DNA of 64,000 bases, from positions 1 through 64,000 of IMG/VR virus record IMGVR_UViG_3300027833_000021; one strand, 5' to 3'. Each line of letters opens with the position of its first letter. Positions within the stretch are counted from its first letter, which is position 1. Under the pieces are notes generated by a model. It saw only the letters and a program-made list of their open reading frames with translations. It ran no database searches and had not been told where the DNA came from. The translations under genes were made by a program, and so were the position numbers. Below are positions 38,301 through 46,791 of the stretch, one piece after another. This DNA is from a virus.

Positions 38301-40405
38301 ACGTTGACGTTAACGGCGGTGTTATTGATGGAACAACTATTGGTGCAACATCATCAGCGGCTGGTACATTCTCAACATTGGCATCTGCTTCAGCGACATT
38401 AACTGGTGGTACTGCTACTGGCATGACAACAGTTACAGCGACTAACCTAAACTCAGGTAACGTTGGTATTACTGGTGGTTCTATTTCAGGAACATCAATC
38501 GACTTATCAGGTCAAACCCTAACTCTAGGTAATGACTCAGTTTCAGGTGACTCAATCCACGGTGGTACTATTTCTAACGCTTCATTGGCCGGTGACGCTA
38601 CCGACACAATGACTGGTTATGATATTACTGTTGGTGCGGGACGTGAATTAGACGTATCTTCGGGTACTCTAACACTAGGTGCTAACCAGATTTCTGGTGA
38701 TAAAGTACACGGTGGCACAATCTCTGATTTTGCTTCAACTGGTATCGATGATAACGCTACATCAACTAAAGTAACTCTATCTGATACAACTGCAACATTT
38801 GGTGTTGCTGGTGACTTCGGTTCTAACGACCTAGACGCCGGTGCTTCAACACTTGGTTCGCTTTCTGTAACAGGTAATGCTTCAATTACTGGTAACTTGA
38901 CAGTTTCTGGTTCAGTAACTACAACTTTATCTGAGATTGTAAATATCGAAGATAACAACATTGTTCTTAACTCAAACGCAACTGGTTCGGCTACTGCTGA
39001 TGCTGGTATTACGATTGAGCGTGGTGATGATGATAATGCTGTTGTTCTCTGGAACGAAACTTCAAATGCATTCGAACTTACTGTAGGCGCGGCTAAGGCT
39101 GACCTAACAGTTAATGATTTGACTGTAAATGAGATGACACTAGCAACTGACCTTGCGGCAAGCATGGGTGGTACGGGTACTGATACTTCAGCATTCGCGG
39201 CTTCATCTATCATGTTAAACAGTGGTTCAGGTACAGTAACAGAATTGGCGAAAGGTGCTAACTCAACTGTATTAAAAGTTGGTTCAACTGGTACTCTAGG
39301 TTATGCAAAAGTCGATTTGACTGCTGACGTAACTGGTACAATGCCAATAGCAAATGGTGGTACAGGTATCACTTCAGCAGGTTCTGATAATAAAGTTATG
39401 ACTTCAGACGGTTCTGCATTAGGTATGGAATATGTACAACATGTACGTAATTCAACTGGTGTAGTTGCGTTAGACGGTTCTGGCGTTACTTCAGGTTCTG
39501 GTGAATATATCGCAATTACTAACGCTACTGGTAAAGTAACACTAACAGCCAAAAATGCGGCGGCATCTGGTGCTGTAGATATGTATCTACAAGGCCAAGG
39601 TGGCGGTGACGTATTTATTGTTGGTCAATCTGGCGAAGCCTTAATTCAAGGTGAAAACGATACAGACCTAACAGTTGCTGGTGGTGATGCTTCTGGCGGT
39701 GATGCTGGTGACTTAATCATCAAAGGTGGTAACGGTACAGGCGGTAACGCCTCTGGTGCAGTTGTCATTAAAGGTGGTAACGGTGGTGCATCAGACGGAA
39801 ACGTTCAAATTAAAGGTGCAGATGATACAGCAATCGCTACTTTCGTAGAGACTGCCTCAGCAACTGACTCTTTAACAGTAACTAACGGAACTGGCGGTGT
39901 AGAACTAGCAATGTCTGGTGGCACAAACGTCAACATGAACTTAGCACCAAAAGGCGCAGGTATTATTCTTGCACCAAATGGCTATGACATGTCTTCAGCG
40001 GCAGACCACGCCCTAGCAACTAAAGAATATGTAGATGACAAAGCGTCAACTTCAGGTTCTTCTGGTACTAGACGTGTTGAGTTTACTGCTAACGGTTCTT
40101 CATCATTTACAATCGGCACAATGGCTAACATTTCAGGAAAAACTTATTACATTAAGCGTATCACTGCAAAAGTTACTACTGCGTTTGTTGGTTGTGATGA
40201 ATTAGTCGTTTCTGACGGTACAAATACTCTAATGTCTGCAAGTGAGGCTGACCTTTCTGAAGGCGGTTTATATATTGTTGATTTAGGTTTTGACGATGCT
40301 ACAACAGGCGGCGCAACTATTACTGGTACTTTACAGAATGGCGGCTCATCTGCTTCACCTACAACTGGTGTTATAATTGTTACTGCGGAATACAAGCAAC
40401 TCTAA
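35336..40405 (+). CDS. Giant Gly/Thr/Ser-rich fibre/virion structural protein (1689 aa)
   Basis: AANKSYVD..ASGLDVK, LATKEYVD, TG[DN][VL] repeats, duplicated modules. Confidence 0.8.
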   Translation: MADIKNFGIRGIGADVQFGKSGGRVVYDSGNSLFKVTTDGTTLGNMNVATPTSDNHAANKSYVDSIASGLDVKQSVRAASTADVTLSGPGATIDGVTMSSGDRVLLKNQSAAAENGIYLWTGAASAMTRATDMDGAAEFVGAFFFVEEGTINSDQGFVCSTNGTITVDTTAIAFTQFTGTGQLTAGNGLSKSGNTFNINVDDTFVEINGSDELTIRGTSTTGQALLSDGSNGVTYGAVNLTSSSAVTGALPLTNGGLGVDASDSSGKTTARSNLGLGSMATQNSGSVAITGGSIDISGGTLTLANDQISGNSISGGTIDSANLSGGAGKTISGFDVTIAAGKTLDVDGAVDIDASSGNMDGVAIGGTTSAAGTFTTMASDSVDINGGAVDGTTIGANVAAAGTFTNVDATGTIKTNTLDNYDGTNITVSAPLDVTGDITVTGQVSATTGMVTDTIAELTGNAGVTVDSVVLKDGVVTGDLTGDVTGDVTGNLTGNSAGVHTGNVTGNLTGNSAGVHTGAVTGNVTGDVTGNLTGNSAGVHTGNVTGNVTGDVTGDVAGDVTSTGTSTFATVDVNGGAVDGTVIGANTSAAGTFSTMTTADAAITGGAISGTSIDLSGQTLTLTSDSVSGDSVHGGTISNFASTGIDDNASSTALTIDSSQNATFGSDLTVTGDLTVNGSVTSISSTNTTIEDNTIVLNNGESGAGVTEGSAGISIDRGTADDALINWNETTDEFELKVGASYGDLKVSALTGDVTGALTGNVTGNVTGNVTGNVTGDLTGDVTGDLTGDVTGNVTGNTAGVHTGNVTGNVTGNVTGDLTGDSAGTHTGAVVGNVTGNVTGDLTGDVTGDVTGDVTGDLTGNSAGTHTGAVVGNVTGNLTGNVTGNVSGNAGTVTNGVYTTDTGTVTNTMLAGSIGNAKLSNSSFTVGSTAINLGDTTTSLAGLSSVTSTAFVGDLTGDVTGDTAGTHTGAVTGNVTGNITSAGTSTFTDVDVNGGVIDGTTIGATSSAAGTFSTLASASATLTGGTATGMTTVTATNLNSGNVGITGGSISGTSIDLSGQTLTLGNDSVSGDSIHGGTISNASLAGDATDTMTGYDITVGAGRELDVSSGTLTLGANQISGDKVHGGTISDFASTGIDDNATSTKVTLSDTTATFGVAGDFGSNDLDAGASTLGSLSVTGNASITGNLTVSGSVTTTLSEIVNIEDNNIVLNSNATGSATADAGITIERGDDDNAVVLWNETSNAFELTVGAAKADLTVNDLTVNEMTLATDLAASMGGTGTDTSAFAASSIMLNSGSGTVTELAKGANSTVLKVGSTGTLGYAKVDLTADVTGTMPIANGGTGITSAGSDNKVMTSDGSALGMEYVQHVRNSTGVVALDGSGVTSGSGEYIAITNATGKVTLTAKNAAASGAVDMYLQGQGGGDVFIVGQSGEALIQGENDTDLTVAGGDASGGDAGDLIIKGGNGTGGNASGAVVIKGGNGGASDGNVQIKGADDTAIATFVETASATDSLTVTNGTGGVELAMSGGTNVNMNLAPKGAGIILAPNGYDMSSAADHALATKEYVDDKASTSGSSGTRRVEFTANGSSSFTIGTMANISGKTYYIKRITAKVTTAFVGCDELVVSDGTNTLMSASEADLSEGGLYIVDLGFDDATTGGATITGTLQNGGSSASPTTGVIIVTAEYKQL
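36761..37020 (+). repeat. 12-bp degenerate tandem repeat encoding TG[DN][VL]
   Basis: ACTGGT(A/G)ATGTA-type units with interspersed AGVH. Confidence 0.9.
37585..37995 (+). repeat. 12-bp degenerate tandem repeat encoding TG[DN][VL], second block
   Basis: Same units, longer array. Confidence 0.9.
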
Positions 40406-40451
40406 TTTGTGAGTAATCTAACGTAATTATTACCATCATGGTGATAATAGA

Positions 40452-40479
40452 AAGGGGGACTTCGTGTTCCCCTTTTTTT
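40452..40479 (+). terminator. Rho-independent terminator
   Basis: AAAGGGGAC...TTCCCCTTT plus T run. Confidence 0.8.
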
Positions 40480-40523
40480 ATGTCTTATAGCCAAAGTGTT
40501 ACCAGAGTAATATTAGCATATTA

Positions 40524-40531
40524 GATAAATA
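40524..40531 (+). promoter_or_regulatory. T4-late-like promoter GATAAATA
   Basis: Octamer. Confidence 0.65.
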
Positions 40532-40608
40532 CTTACAGAACTAAAATCTTTAACGACAGACTTAATTTATTAAGACTGACATGAAATAACCGACGTTGAG
40601 GAACGACA

Positions 40609-41460
40609 ATGGCTGTAATCATAAATGCAAAAGGGACCAGTGTCCCTTACTTTAAAATTGGAAAATCTGGAACCACCTTCTATCAAGGAGATGCAGATCC
40701 GAGTAGTACATACACAATAAACACAAATGACATTTGGTTTGATACCACAAATGGCACTGTAAAGTTTCGAACATCAAACTCTTGGTCAGGCATTACAACT
40801 GCTTCTGATTTAACTGTAACTGGTGACTTAACAGTTCAAGGTACAACTACAACCGTAAACTCAACAGAGATACAAGTTCAAAATACTTTAAAGTTTGAAG
40901 GCGCAACTTCAAATGAATACGAAACAACTCTAACAGTTGTTGACCCAACACAAGATAATGTAATCACAATACCAAATGCAACAGACACTTTAGTTGGTCT
41001 TGCAACAACAAACACGTTAACTAATAAATCAATTAATCTAGCGAGTAATACTTTATCAGGCTCATTAGCAGAATTTAATACTGCATTGTCTGGTGATAGT
41101 TTTGTTTCTTTAACAGGTGCTGAAACACTTACAAATAAAACTTTAACTAGTCCAGTTCTTAATGGAACACAAATGACACCAACTGGTGCTATCGTTATGC
41201 CAGTTGGCACAACAGCACAAAGACCAGGAACAGGTGTTGTTGGTATGATGCGTTTTAATTCTGACATAGATGCTTTTGAAGGTTACAATGGTGCATCTTG
41301 GGTTAAACTTGGTGGCTTGACTCCATCAAATGATTCCAGAGACAACGGATTAATTACTGATAGTGAAGTCTTTGATGTAGATTATGGTGCTATTACTGAC
41401 ACTGACACAGCCTCATACACATTAGATAGAGGTCTTATAAGTGATAGTGATACAGTTTAA
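40609..41460 (+). CDS. Fibre-like virion protein with C-terminal D-x-G-x-I-[TS]-D repeats
   Basis: LTVTGDLTVQGTTTTVNST, ETLTNKTLTSP, PVGTTAQRP...GMMRFN..FEGY. Confidence 0.7.
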   Translation: MAVIINAKGTSVPYFKIGKSGTTFYQGDADPSSTYTINTNDIWFDTTNGTVKFRTSNSWSGITTASDLTVTGDLTVQGTTTTVNSTEIQVQNTLKFEGATSNEYETTLTVVDPTQDNVITIPNATDTLVGLATTNTLTNKSINLASNTLSGSLAEFNTALSGDSFVSLTGAETLTNKTLTSPVLNGTQMTPTGAIVMPVGTTAQRPGTGVVGMMRFNSDIDAFEGYNGASWVKLGGLTPSNDSRDNGLITDSEVFDVDYGAITDTDTASYTLDRGLISDSDTV

Positions 41461-41476
41461 TTATACTGTAAATTTA

Positions 41477-41484
41477 GATAAATA
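41477..41484 (+). promoter_or_regulatory. T4-late-like promoter GATAAATA
   Basis: Octamer. Confidence 0.65.
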
Positions 41485-41511
41485 CTATTAACAAGAGTTC
41501 GGAGAAATAAA

Positions 41512-41901
41512 ATGGCAAGAACAAACGGAGCCGCATCGGCAAGTGAAGTAGTATCAGGTAACATTAACTTCTATACAATGTATGTATCGGGATTAGATAT
41601 TACACATACTGGTGATATATTAGACCAGTCACAACAAAATTTAGATGATATTGTTAATATCGTATCATTGGTAGCACAACCTGTTATTATGAATAATCCA
41701 TTATCAGTCACTTTAGGCGGACTAGCACCAACATTGACGGGTTCAGGATTTGTTTTTAAATTTGCAGTAGAACATGCAGACGTTTTTAAACGAAACTCTG
41801 ATGATGTTTTCATTCTAAAAGAATTAATTCACGGCATAACAATTGATGCTGTTGCATTATCGGCATCAAATATAGAATTTGTAATGTCTGATATACTTTA
41901 A
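41512..41901 (+). CDS. Small virion protein
   Basis: GGAG RBS, late box, terminator. Confidence 0.7.
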   Translation: MARTNGAASASEVVSGNINFYTMYVSGLDITHTGDILDQSQQNLDDIVNIVSLVAQPVIMNNPLSVTLGGLAPTLTGSGFVFKFAVEHADVFKRNSDDVFILKELIHGITIDAVALSASNIEFVMSDIL

Positions 41902-41926
41902 ACTAATTATTCCTAATTAATTTTAA

Positions 41927-41953
41927 TAAAAGAGGACAATGTCCTCTTTTTTT
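41927..41953 (+). terminator. Rho-independent terminator
   Basis: AAAAGAGGAC/GTCCTCTTTT. Confidence 0.8.
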
Positions 41954-41985
41954 GTTGTGGTTGGACATAATTTCTGGCACCAAAT

Positions 41986-41993
41986 GATAAATA
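41986..41993 (+). promoter_or_regulatory. T4-late-like promoter GATAAATA
   Basis: Octamer. Confidence 0.65.
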
Positions 41994-42026
41994 CAATTAA
42001 TGAATATTAATTAGGGAGTTGCGAAG

Positions 42027-42275
42027 ATGTCAGAGAAAGAACCAAAACTAGCACATCTGGAAGCAGAGAGTTTAGAGACACATGTGGCAGTATGTTATGA
42101 ACGATACCACCACTTCAATAAGTCATTAAAAGATATTAATGATAAAATTGAAAAGCAAGAAGTTGAAATGGATAAAGGGTTCAGCGAACTAAAAAAGATG
42201 GTTATGTGGACTGCATCTACCCTGTTTTCAACAATGCTTATTGCCTTATTTGCACAGATGTTTAAAATATTTTAA
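42027..42275 (+). CDS. Coiled-coil protein with C-terminal TM helix
   Basis: LETHVAVCYERY, coiled coil, hydrophobic tail. Confidence 0.65.
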   Translation: MSEKEPKLAHLEAESLETHVAVCYERYHHFNKSLKDINDKIEKQEVEMDKGFSELKKMVMWTASTLFSTMLIALFAQMFKIF

Positions 42276-42284
42276 GAGTTTACT

Positions 42285-42563
42285 ATGTTATTTGAAGAGA
42301 TTGCAGAAGAGATATATGAAGCCAAACTAGTCTATGCTAGAAAAGGACGTACAATCGTCCGTAAGTATAGATGTGGTTCAGGAAGACTTAAAGGTAAGAC
42401 AGTAACAACACCTGGTGCATGTTTTAAACCTGTTAATATGAAGAAACGTTTCACATTAGCAAGAACTAAAGCAAAAATGGGTGCTAGAATGAAACGTAAA
42501 GCGAAAATGACTCGTAGAATGAATCCAGCGAGTAAGAGATTAAAAACTCTAAATAGACGATAA
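42285..42563 (+). CDS. Basic protein with acidic cleavable-like leader
   Basis: MLFEEIAEEIYE|A followed by Lys/Arg-rich body. Confidence 0.7.
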   Translation: MLFEEIAEEIYEAKLVYARKGRTIVRKYRCGSGRLKGKTVTTPGACFKPVNMKKRFTLARTKAKMGARMKRKAKMTRRMNPASKRLKTLNRR

Positions 42564-42574
42564 CGGAGAATAAA

Positions 42575-43312
42575 ATGTCATTAAAGAATGAAATAGAAAA
42601 AACAATGTTTAAAGAAAGCATCGAGGATAGATTCCAAGATATTGCTTCTCTTATTGATTCTCCAGTAGAAGATGTACAAAAAAGAATGAAAACTTTAAAT
42701 TTTTCTGATTACATTAAAGTAATGTCTGCTTTAAAATCTAAAGATATCAGTACAATTAAAAGTATGATGGGATTGACAGAAGGTTGGTCAGAACTTCCTG
42801 CTATGGACAGAGAAAAATATATAGCAAGAGATGGACTAGAAGGTCCAATTATGACTAAATCTGGTAAGGTGGTATACTATGACCCGAAAGAGGGTAGTTA
42901 TTATGACCCAGATACTGACATGTATATAGACTACGAAACATGGAAAATGTTAGATAGTGAAAACATGCATAAAATCGATATGGAAGTTCCAGAAGCATAC
43001 AGTACAGGTTCACAAGGTCCTGAGGCTGGACAAGAAGCGGAACCATCGGCATCGGATATGAAAGCCGCAAACAACAAATTAAAGACACAAAGAACACAAG
43101 CCATGCAAAGACTTGGCAGAGACAATTTAGGCGGTGCAACAGCACAGATGGCCGCAAATGCAATTGATAACGCAGAACAAGGAAAAGTATTGACTCCTAT
43201 ACAGCGACAAGCATTGGCACATCAAGCCGCCAACCTAGACCAACTGGCAATGAACCCAGATACTAGGATGCAGTTTAGAAATTTACTTAATAAACTTAAT
43301 AGAGAGCAATAA
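42575..43312 (+). CDS. Hypothetical head-associated protein
   Basis: GLEGP...YYDPKEGSYYDPDTDMY module; [LFI]-x-E sites. Confidence 0.65.
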   Translation: MSLKNEIEKTMFKESIEDRFQDIASLIDSPVEDVQKRMKTLNFSDYIKVMSALKSKDISTIKSMMGLTEGWSELPAMDREKYIARDGLEGPIMTKSGKVVYYDPKEGSYYDPDTDMYIDYETWKMLDSENMHKIDMEVPEAYSTGSQGPEAGQEAEPSASDMKAANNKLKTQRTQAMQRLGRDNLGGATAQMAANAIDNAEQGKVLTPIQRQALAHQAANLDQLAMNPDTRMQFRNLLNKLNREQ

Positions 43313-43506
43313 TGAAGTTAAAAGAAATATTAGGTGGATTATTTGTAATGATTACTGAGGAAGAGGAAGATTTAATAACTAAATATTTCTCAGAAGGTGA
43401 TTACGTAAATGAATCGCAATTGTCAGGAAGAGAACAAGTCCTGGCAGAGAAACTAACACATAAAGGTGTGTTAGTTCCTACTTTGCGTGGATATAAAACT
43501 GTTTAA
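43312..43506 (+). CDS. Small hypothetical protein
   Basis: MKLKEILG N-terminus. Confidence 0.65.
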   Translation: MKLKEILGGLFVMITEEEEDLITKYFSEGDYVNESQLSGREQVLAEKLTHKGVLVPTLRGYKTV

Positions 43507-43523
43507 CAACTATGGAGTTCTAA

Positions 43524-44144
43524 ATGTCAATACCAAGTCAAAAAGATGTAAACATGATGGCCAATCTAATGAAAGTTATGAATGGCGAGACTGTTAAACT
43601 ACAAGAAGAAACATCTTCTGAACCTAATTCGCCAAAACCAATCGATATAAGCCCTGGCGTAAAACGTGCAGACGTTGATGCTATGGCAAAGATTATGAAA
43701 GGTTTCAGTGAAGCAACTACTAGTGTTGCACATAAGGTAAAGAAGACAATTACAGAGTCTACTAAAACTGAAAAAGGTGTCAAAGTTGGCGCATTTTCAG
43801 TAGAGAAAAACAAAGAAGAAAGATACGATATACTTGATACTCGAAGTGATTCTATATTATTTGAAGGTATCAAACTGTACGAAACAGTTTGTTGTATTGC
43901 TAATCATTTGAATGAAGGAAAAACAATTAATTCATCAGAAATTATGGAAATAATTAAAATTAATGAATTATTTGACCGCCATTATAGTAATGCTGTTCAG
44001 CATAAACATTCGTATCAAGTTGCCAAAAGAGCGGTTAATGAAGGTAGAATGGATATTGCACAAGCAAGATTTTCACAATCAAAGCATGAAGCAGGCAAAG
44101 CCAAGCGTAAAATAACTAATCTTTACGAAAATATAATCCTTTAA
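43524..44144 (+). CDS. Hypothetical protein
   Basis: GGAG RBS; 206 aa. Confidence 0.7.
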   Translation: MSIPSQKDVNMMANLMKVMNGETVKLQEETSSEPNSPKPIDISPGVKRADVDAMAKIMKGFSEATTSVAHKVKKTITESTKTEKGVKVGAFSVEKNKEERYDILDTRSDSILFEGIKLYETVCCIANHLNEGKTINSSEIMEIIKINELFDRHYSNAVQHKHSYQVAKRAVNEGRMDIAQARFSQSKHEAGKAKRKITNLYENIIL

Positions 44145-44187
44145 TAGAGTATTAAATTAGTGCATAAATAGAATTATGTATTAAAAA

Positions 44188-44195
44188 GATAAATA
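44188..44195 (+). promoter_or_regulatory. T4-late-like promoter GATAAATA
   Basis: Octamer; second CATAAATA at 44163-44170. Confidence 0.6.
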
Positions 44196-44226
44196 CATGT
44201 AATATGCATTAATATTGGGATTTATT

Positions 44227-44832
44227 ATGAACTTAAACGACAACAAATTTTTTAACTCAACAGACATCCATGTGTCTTCTCGTATGAATGAATACTTGAA
44301 GAAAAACTTTGGATATGCAGTTGATGGAGATATGGCTACTTTAGAAGAAGCAAAGCAGTCATTACAAGCAGAACAAGTTCAATTGAAAAAAGAAGATTAC
44401 ATGGGTAAAAAGTATATGGAAAATATGCTTATGATTGAAACAATCACTTCTTTATTAAAAGCCCACGGCGAAGATACAGCATCTTCATACAAGCATGAAG
44501 AGGTTACTGAAGAGTTGGACTTACCAGAGACTGGCGATACAACTACCAGTGACGCTAGTCCAGAAACAGAAGAAGTAGAAGTAACAGAAGCCAAACCGGC
44601 AAGTGCTGAACATCATAGATACAAAAACGACTCACAATTGGCTAGGTCAAAGGGTCAATTAATAGACACTATGAAAACACTAGAAATGGCTATTGAGTAC
44701 AGAAGCCAAAACAGTGCTGGTTTCTTTAATAATGGTGACAAAGCAGGTACAGGCGAGTTGGCTAGAATGCATGACAAACTAAAAGATATACTAGATAACT
44801 GGGATGAAAATATCAAATATTACGGAATGTAA
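44227..44832 (+). CDS. Hypothetical acidic head/core protein
   Basis: VTE|E, VTE|A sites; late box. Confidence 0.6.
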   Translation: MNLNDNKFFNSTDIHVSSRMNEYLKKNFGYAVDGDMATLEEAKQSLQAEQVQLKKEDYMGKKYMENMLMIETITSLLKAHGEDTASSYKHEEVTEELDLPETGDTTTSDASPETEEVEVTEAKPASAEHHRYKNDSQLARSKGQLIDTMKTLEMAIEYRSQNSAGFFNNGDKAGTGELARMHDKLKDILDNWDENIKYYGM

Positions 44833-44856
44833 TTAATTAATAACCAAGGAAATAAA

Positions 44857-45312
44857 ATGGAAAAAACTAACTTAGAAAAGACTTTAATGGAAGAGTTAAA
44901 CGCTCTACTTGAAGTTGATGCGGCTGAGGCGGAAATCACAATGGCTGCCAGAGGCATTGTTGATGAATTACAAGACGTAATTGAGAAACTAGGCAAAATT
45001 CAAAACGACCAAATCGGTCCATTATCAGACGAAATGGCATATTCACATGGTCCTGACCAAGCGGCAACGTTTAAAGGTTCAGTTGATGATGCGATTAACG
45101 GTCTACTAGGACAAGCACGTTCGGCTAAAGATGCAGTACAAGATGCAACTTTAGTACTATCAGGCGAAAAATCATCTGATGATATGGGTGATGTTGAACT
45201 TGGTGGCGATATGGGTGATGACTTTGTTGATGACATTACAGCAGAAATTGGTGGTGACGAATCAGCATCAGGCGGAGAATCAAATCCATTAGGTAGAGAA
45301 GAAAGAGACTAA
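44857..45312 (+). CDS. Acidic prohead-core-like protein
   Basis: LLE|V site; Asp/Gly tail ending PLGREER. Confidence 0.6.
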   Translation: MEKTNLEKTLMEELNALLEVDAAEAEITMAARGIVDELQDVIEKLGKIQNDQIGPLSDEMAYSHGPDQAATFKGSVDDAINGLLGQARSAKDAVQDATLVLSGEKSSDDMGDVELGGDMGDDFVDDITAEIGGDESASGGESNPLGREERD

Positions 45313-45313
45313 T

Positions 45314-45634
45314 ATGAAAATTAGTGGACTTCTGTTAGAGAAGGCAAATTATGATGCTCAGTTAATGGGTGATATTAATGCTTATCTCATTTCATTGAAG
45401 GCAAATGATATTCCTTCTGTACCCATGGACATGATGGTCCGTGAACTAGAAGGTATGGGATATTCTTTGAATGCAGAGTCGATGGTAGATTTATTATCTA
45501 ATAGTAAGTATATATCTAAAGTCACTGTAGATACTATTGAATTAGATTCTAAATATAATAAAAGTGACAAGGCTGATAAAGACTCAGTACGCAAACTGGC
45601 AGTCAAAACAGCGAAAAAGAAGGTGAAAAAATAA
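45314..45634 (+). CDS. Hypothetical protein
   Basis: MKISGLLLE leader; basic C-terminus. Confidence 0.65.
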   Translation: MKISGLLLEKANYDAQLMGDINAYLISLKANDIPSVPMDMMVRELEGMGYSLNAESMVDLLSNSKYISKVTVDTIELDSKYNKSDKADKDSVRKLAVKTAKKKVKK

Positions 45635-46044
45635 TGGCATTTATAGTTAAAGGCGGCGTTAAAGAAATCTCTAAAAAAGAGATGTCAAAACACATGAAAA
45701 ACTTAAATAAACAAGACGATGCATTAGCAGGTCTTTCAGATGCAAAGAAGCAGATTAGAAAAGAAGTTGAATCTGCTAAAAGACACCGTGAATTTATGGG
45801 TCGTGTTGCAGAAAATGAAGCCAGAGATTTAGCAAACGCAGTAGCGACTAGTGAAATCGTATCAATTGCAGTTGGTGAAACAATTGAAACAGAAGTAGAA
45901 CCAGTTGCAGATATGATAGATGTTGATTTCTTATCAATGACTAAAAAGCAAATCGATGAATGGGCTGAAGAAAATCTAGGTATTCAATTAGACAGACGCC
46001 ACACTAAAGCAAAACTAATCGAAGAAATTAAAGAAAAACTTTAA
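45634..46044 (+). CDS. Hypothetical protein with C-terminal Rho-N/HeH-like helical motif
   Basis: SMTKKQIDEWAEE.LGI.L....TKAKLIEEI. Confidence 0.55.
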   Translation: MAFIVKGGVKEISKKEMSKHMKNLNKQDDALAGLSDAKKQIRKEVESAKRHREFMGRVAENEARDLANAVATSEIVSIAVGETIETEVEPVADMIDVDFLSMTKKQIDEWAEENLGIQLDRRHTKAKLIEEIKEKL

Positions 46045-46051
46045 TAATCTC

Positions 46052-46080
46052 TTGCTTTCTATCTCAAAGTATAGTATAAT
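46052..46080 (+). promoter_or_regulatory. sigma70-type promoter (leaderless)
   Basis: TTGCTT-N17-TATAAT, ATG 7 nt downstream. Confidence 0.6.
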
Positions 46081-46086
46081 AATACT

Positions 46087-46776
46087 ATGCTTAATGAAAA
46101 ATTCACTTATAATCCCTTAGAACGAGTAAACATCAAAGGCAGTCGGCATTATCAAACGCCCGACGGTCAACCTTTGCCTAGTGTTACTACCGTACTTGAT
46201 GCATTAAAAGATAAATCTGCTTTATTTGAATGGCGCAAACGTGTCGGCAATGAAGAGGCAGACAGAATCATGCGACTTGCTACTGGTATCGGAACACAAG
46301 TTCACTTACACCTTGAAAAATACATCTTAGAAGAAGACAGACCTAATGGGTCAAATCTTATACATCAAATGGCAAGAGAATTGTCAGAGATTGTAATCGA
46401 TAAAGGTTTATCAAACATAGACGAAGTATGGGGAACAGAAGTTCCATTATATTATCCTGGTCTATATGCAGGCACAACAGACTGTGTTGGTGTATGGAAT
46501 GGAAAGCCAGCAATCATTGATTTCAAAACAACTCGTAAGCCAAAGAAACGTGAATGGATTGACGATTACTTTTTACAAGGTGCGGCATATGCCGAAGCAC
46601 ATAATGAAATTTATGGAACTGATATAAAAACAATTGTTATTATGATGATTGGCTGGGATGCCGAGGCGGATAACATGGGTAACTACCAAGAATTTGTTGT
46701 TGAAAGTGATGAGTATCAACGTTATGCATTATCTTGGGCTGGTAAGGTCCAAGCGTATTTTGATAAATACATGTAA
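46087..46776 (+). CDS. PD-(D/E)XK exonuclease
   Basis: PSVTTVL, GT.VH..LE, YAGTTDC, IIDFKT, Q..AY. Confidence 0.85.
   Translation: MLNEKFTYNPLERVNIKGSRHYQTPDGQPLPSVTTVLDALKDKSALFEWRKRVGNEEADRIMRLATGIGTQVHLHLEKYILEEDRPNGSNLIHQMARELSEIVIDKGLSNIDEVWGTEVPLYYPGLYAGTTDCVGVWNGKPAIIDFKTTRKPKKREWIDDYFLQGAAYAEAHNEIYGTDIKTIVIMMIGWDAEADNMGNYQEFVVESDEYQRYALSWAGKVQAYFDKYM
46762..46769 (+). promoter_or_regulatory. T4-late-like promoter GATAAATA
   Basis: Octamer upstream of fibre gene. Confidence 0.6.
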
Positions 46777-46791
46777 TAACGGGAGTTTAAC

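Noticed and set aside
46087-46776. Cas4-like nuclease as evidence of a CRISPR system
   Set aside because: No Fe-S cysteine set, no array or other cas genes; an ordinary phage PD-(D/E)XK exonuclease.
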